NCBI GenBank assembly: GCA_958009085.1
Contig: OY253672.1
Coordinates: 1,116,001 to 1,180,000 of the forward strand
Direction of reading: 5' to 3'
Source: Protoeuglena noctilucae
Taxonomy: Eukaryota
DNA: 64,000 nucleotides
Made by a program: the position numbers and the translations under genes. Below are positions 62,701 to 64,000 of this stretch, piece after piece (the stretch's first letter is position 1; each line of letters starts with the position of its first letter). The notes beneath the pieces were generated by a model. The model made no database searches. It had not been told where the DNA came from and was given only the letters and a program-made list of their open reading frames with translations.

Positions 62701-64000
62701 TCCTGCTGCTGCATCATGCCAGAATGCTTCGCCAGGACGCGGTTGATGATGGCCTGGACGGTCGGCGTGAGGCGGATGCGGGAGATGAGGTTCTCGGGCT
62801 TGAGCTTCTCGGCGAGGAAGCGGATGATCATGCGGATGAAGTTGAGCTGGCCCTGCTGGACCTTGGAGGTGAGCCAGGCCTCGAGGTCAAAGTACTCGCG
62901 TCGGCTGGCGGTGCACGCGATGTCCATGGCGATGTAGGCGGGGGCGACCTCGATGAAGACCCCGATCTGCCCGATGGCCTGGACGGCCTCCACGATCGAG
63001 GAGACGGCCGTGGGGTCCTTCGAGTACATAGCCGCCATCACGCTCACCACCGCGTCGCGGCGCACGGCCCACAGGCGCGAGAGCACGATGCGGTTCTCGG
63101 GGCTCGCGCTCACGTACGACTGGAGCAGGTAGTGGAAGAGGTTGCCGTGCTGCGGGGGCGGGCGGGGGCGCGCCTCGTCAGGCCGGGCTGAGGGTCAGGC
63201 CCGCGTGGGGCGTGGCGAGCGGAGGTGCAGGCACGCACCAGGGCCATCCACTCCCCACCGGCGTGCGCGGTGGAGATGATGAGGACCTCGGGGCACAGCT
63301 TGACCGCGGGCTCGAGGACCTCTCGCACTGCGTCGTGGAGCTGCCCGCCGTTCCAGTCAAAGAGCCGCGCCAGAGTGTCGATCAGATCCGGGCACGCCCA
63401 CGCGCCGTTGGGCGTCCCCATCGGCGACGACCGCCCGGGGATGCCCTCGACGGGCTCGATCTTGCGCGCCGCGTGCCTGCGAGGGCGGTCGTCGCAGAGA
63501 TGCTTGCGACGCCCCGTGCCAGGCCGGGCGCGGGGCAGGGCGAGCCTGGCCGGTTGGATTCGATCGGCAACGGTGGGCTGTCGCACTCACGCGAAGGAGA
63601 AGAGCGGGTCGAGGGTGGCCGCCTTGAGGATGGACAGCTGCGCGGGGGCGTTCTTCCAGAGCGTGACGATGAGCGGCGGCAGGGGGAACGGCCCGCCCAC
63701 GATCAGACGGAAGGACTGCGCCATCCGCGAGAAGGCCGCGAAGTCCGCGAGCACCCACTCGGGCTGGTCCATCAAGCCAATGACCTTCCCCCAGTCCAGG
63801 CTGCGCGGGGAAGGGCCGGGAGGCACGGTCGTGGGCCCTCGCGTGACGGCGCGGGGTCAGAGGCAGAGCTGGCACGCCTCGGCGGCGCGGCGCGCGCGGG
63901 GCAGCGGCAGAGGCGACGCAACGTCCACGCAGCCGGGACCCACCTCGGATTGGCCTCGCGGAGGCATTCGAAGACCGGGCCGAAGTTCCACTCGCCATCC
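56776..64000 (-). CDS. NOT1: CCR4-NOT scaffold subunit NOT1, 5'-partial (continues beyond window), multi-exon
   Basis: [92 protein letters not shown]. Confidence 0.97.

Overview
GC-rich, intron-containing eukaryotic nuclear DNA, most likely a green alga: it carries lycopene beta-cyclase, a prolyl 4-hydroxylase and an SPn-rich wall protein, and uses the standard genetic code. Host genes in order: an unidentified partial gene, P4H, an RCC1-repeat protein, an SGLT-like Na+/solute symporter, LCYB, the TFIIIC B-block-binding subunit, SF3B1, MOG1, a CobW/COG0523 GTPase, importin-9, ICT1/ArfB, a possible short HORMA-like gene, THOC5, an HRGP and a partial NOT1. CDS coordinates are gene spans including introns, with splice sites read by eye. 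The unusual part is 8.9-20.6 kb, where two convergent tRNA pairs are surrounded by stacked and nested non-LTR retroelements. All eight recognisable insertions lie upstream of a tRNA gene with their 5' ends facing it. They include L1/Tx1-like LINE fragments with G- or T-homopolymer tails and a conserved structured 3' core, plus (CAT)n-tailed elements. One (CAT)n element is a TSD-bounded, non-coding 789-bp unit that begins exactly at an HDV-like ribozyme fold. Also notable: a nuclear-type tRNA-Val(GAC), a ~315-nt fold-back hairpin, many GC-AG introns, and minisatellites anchored on splice donors. No database searches or folding programs were run.
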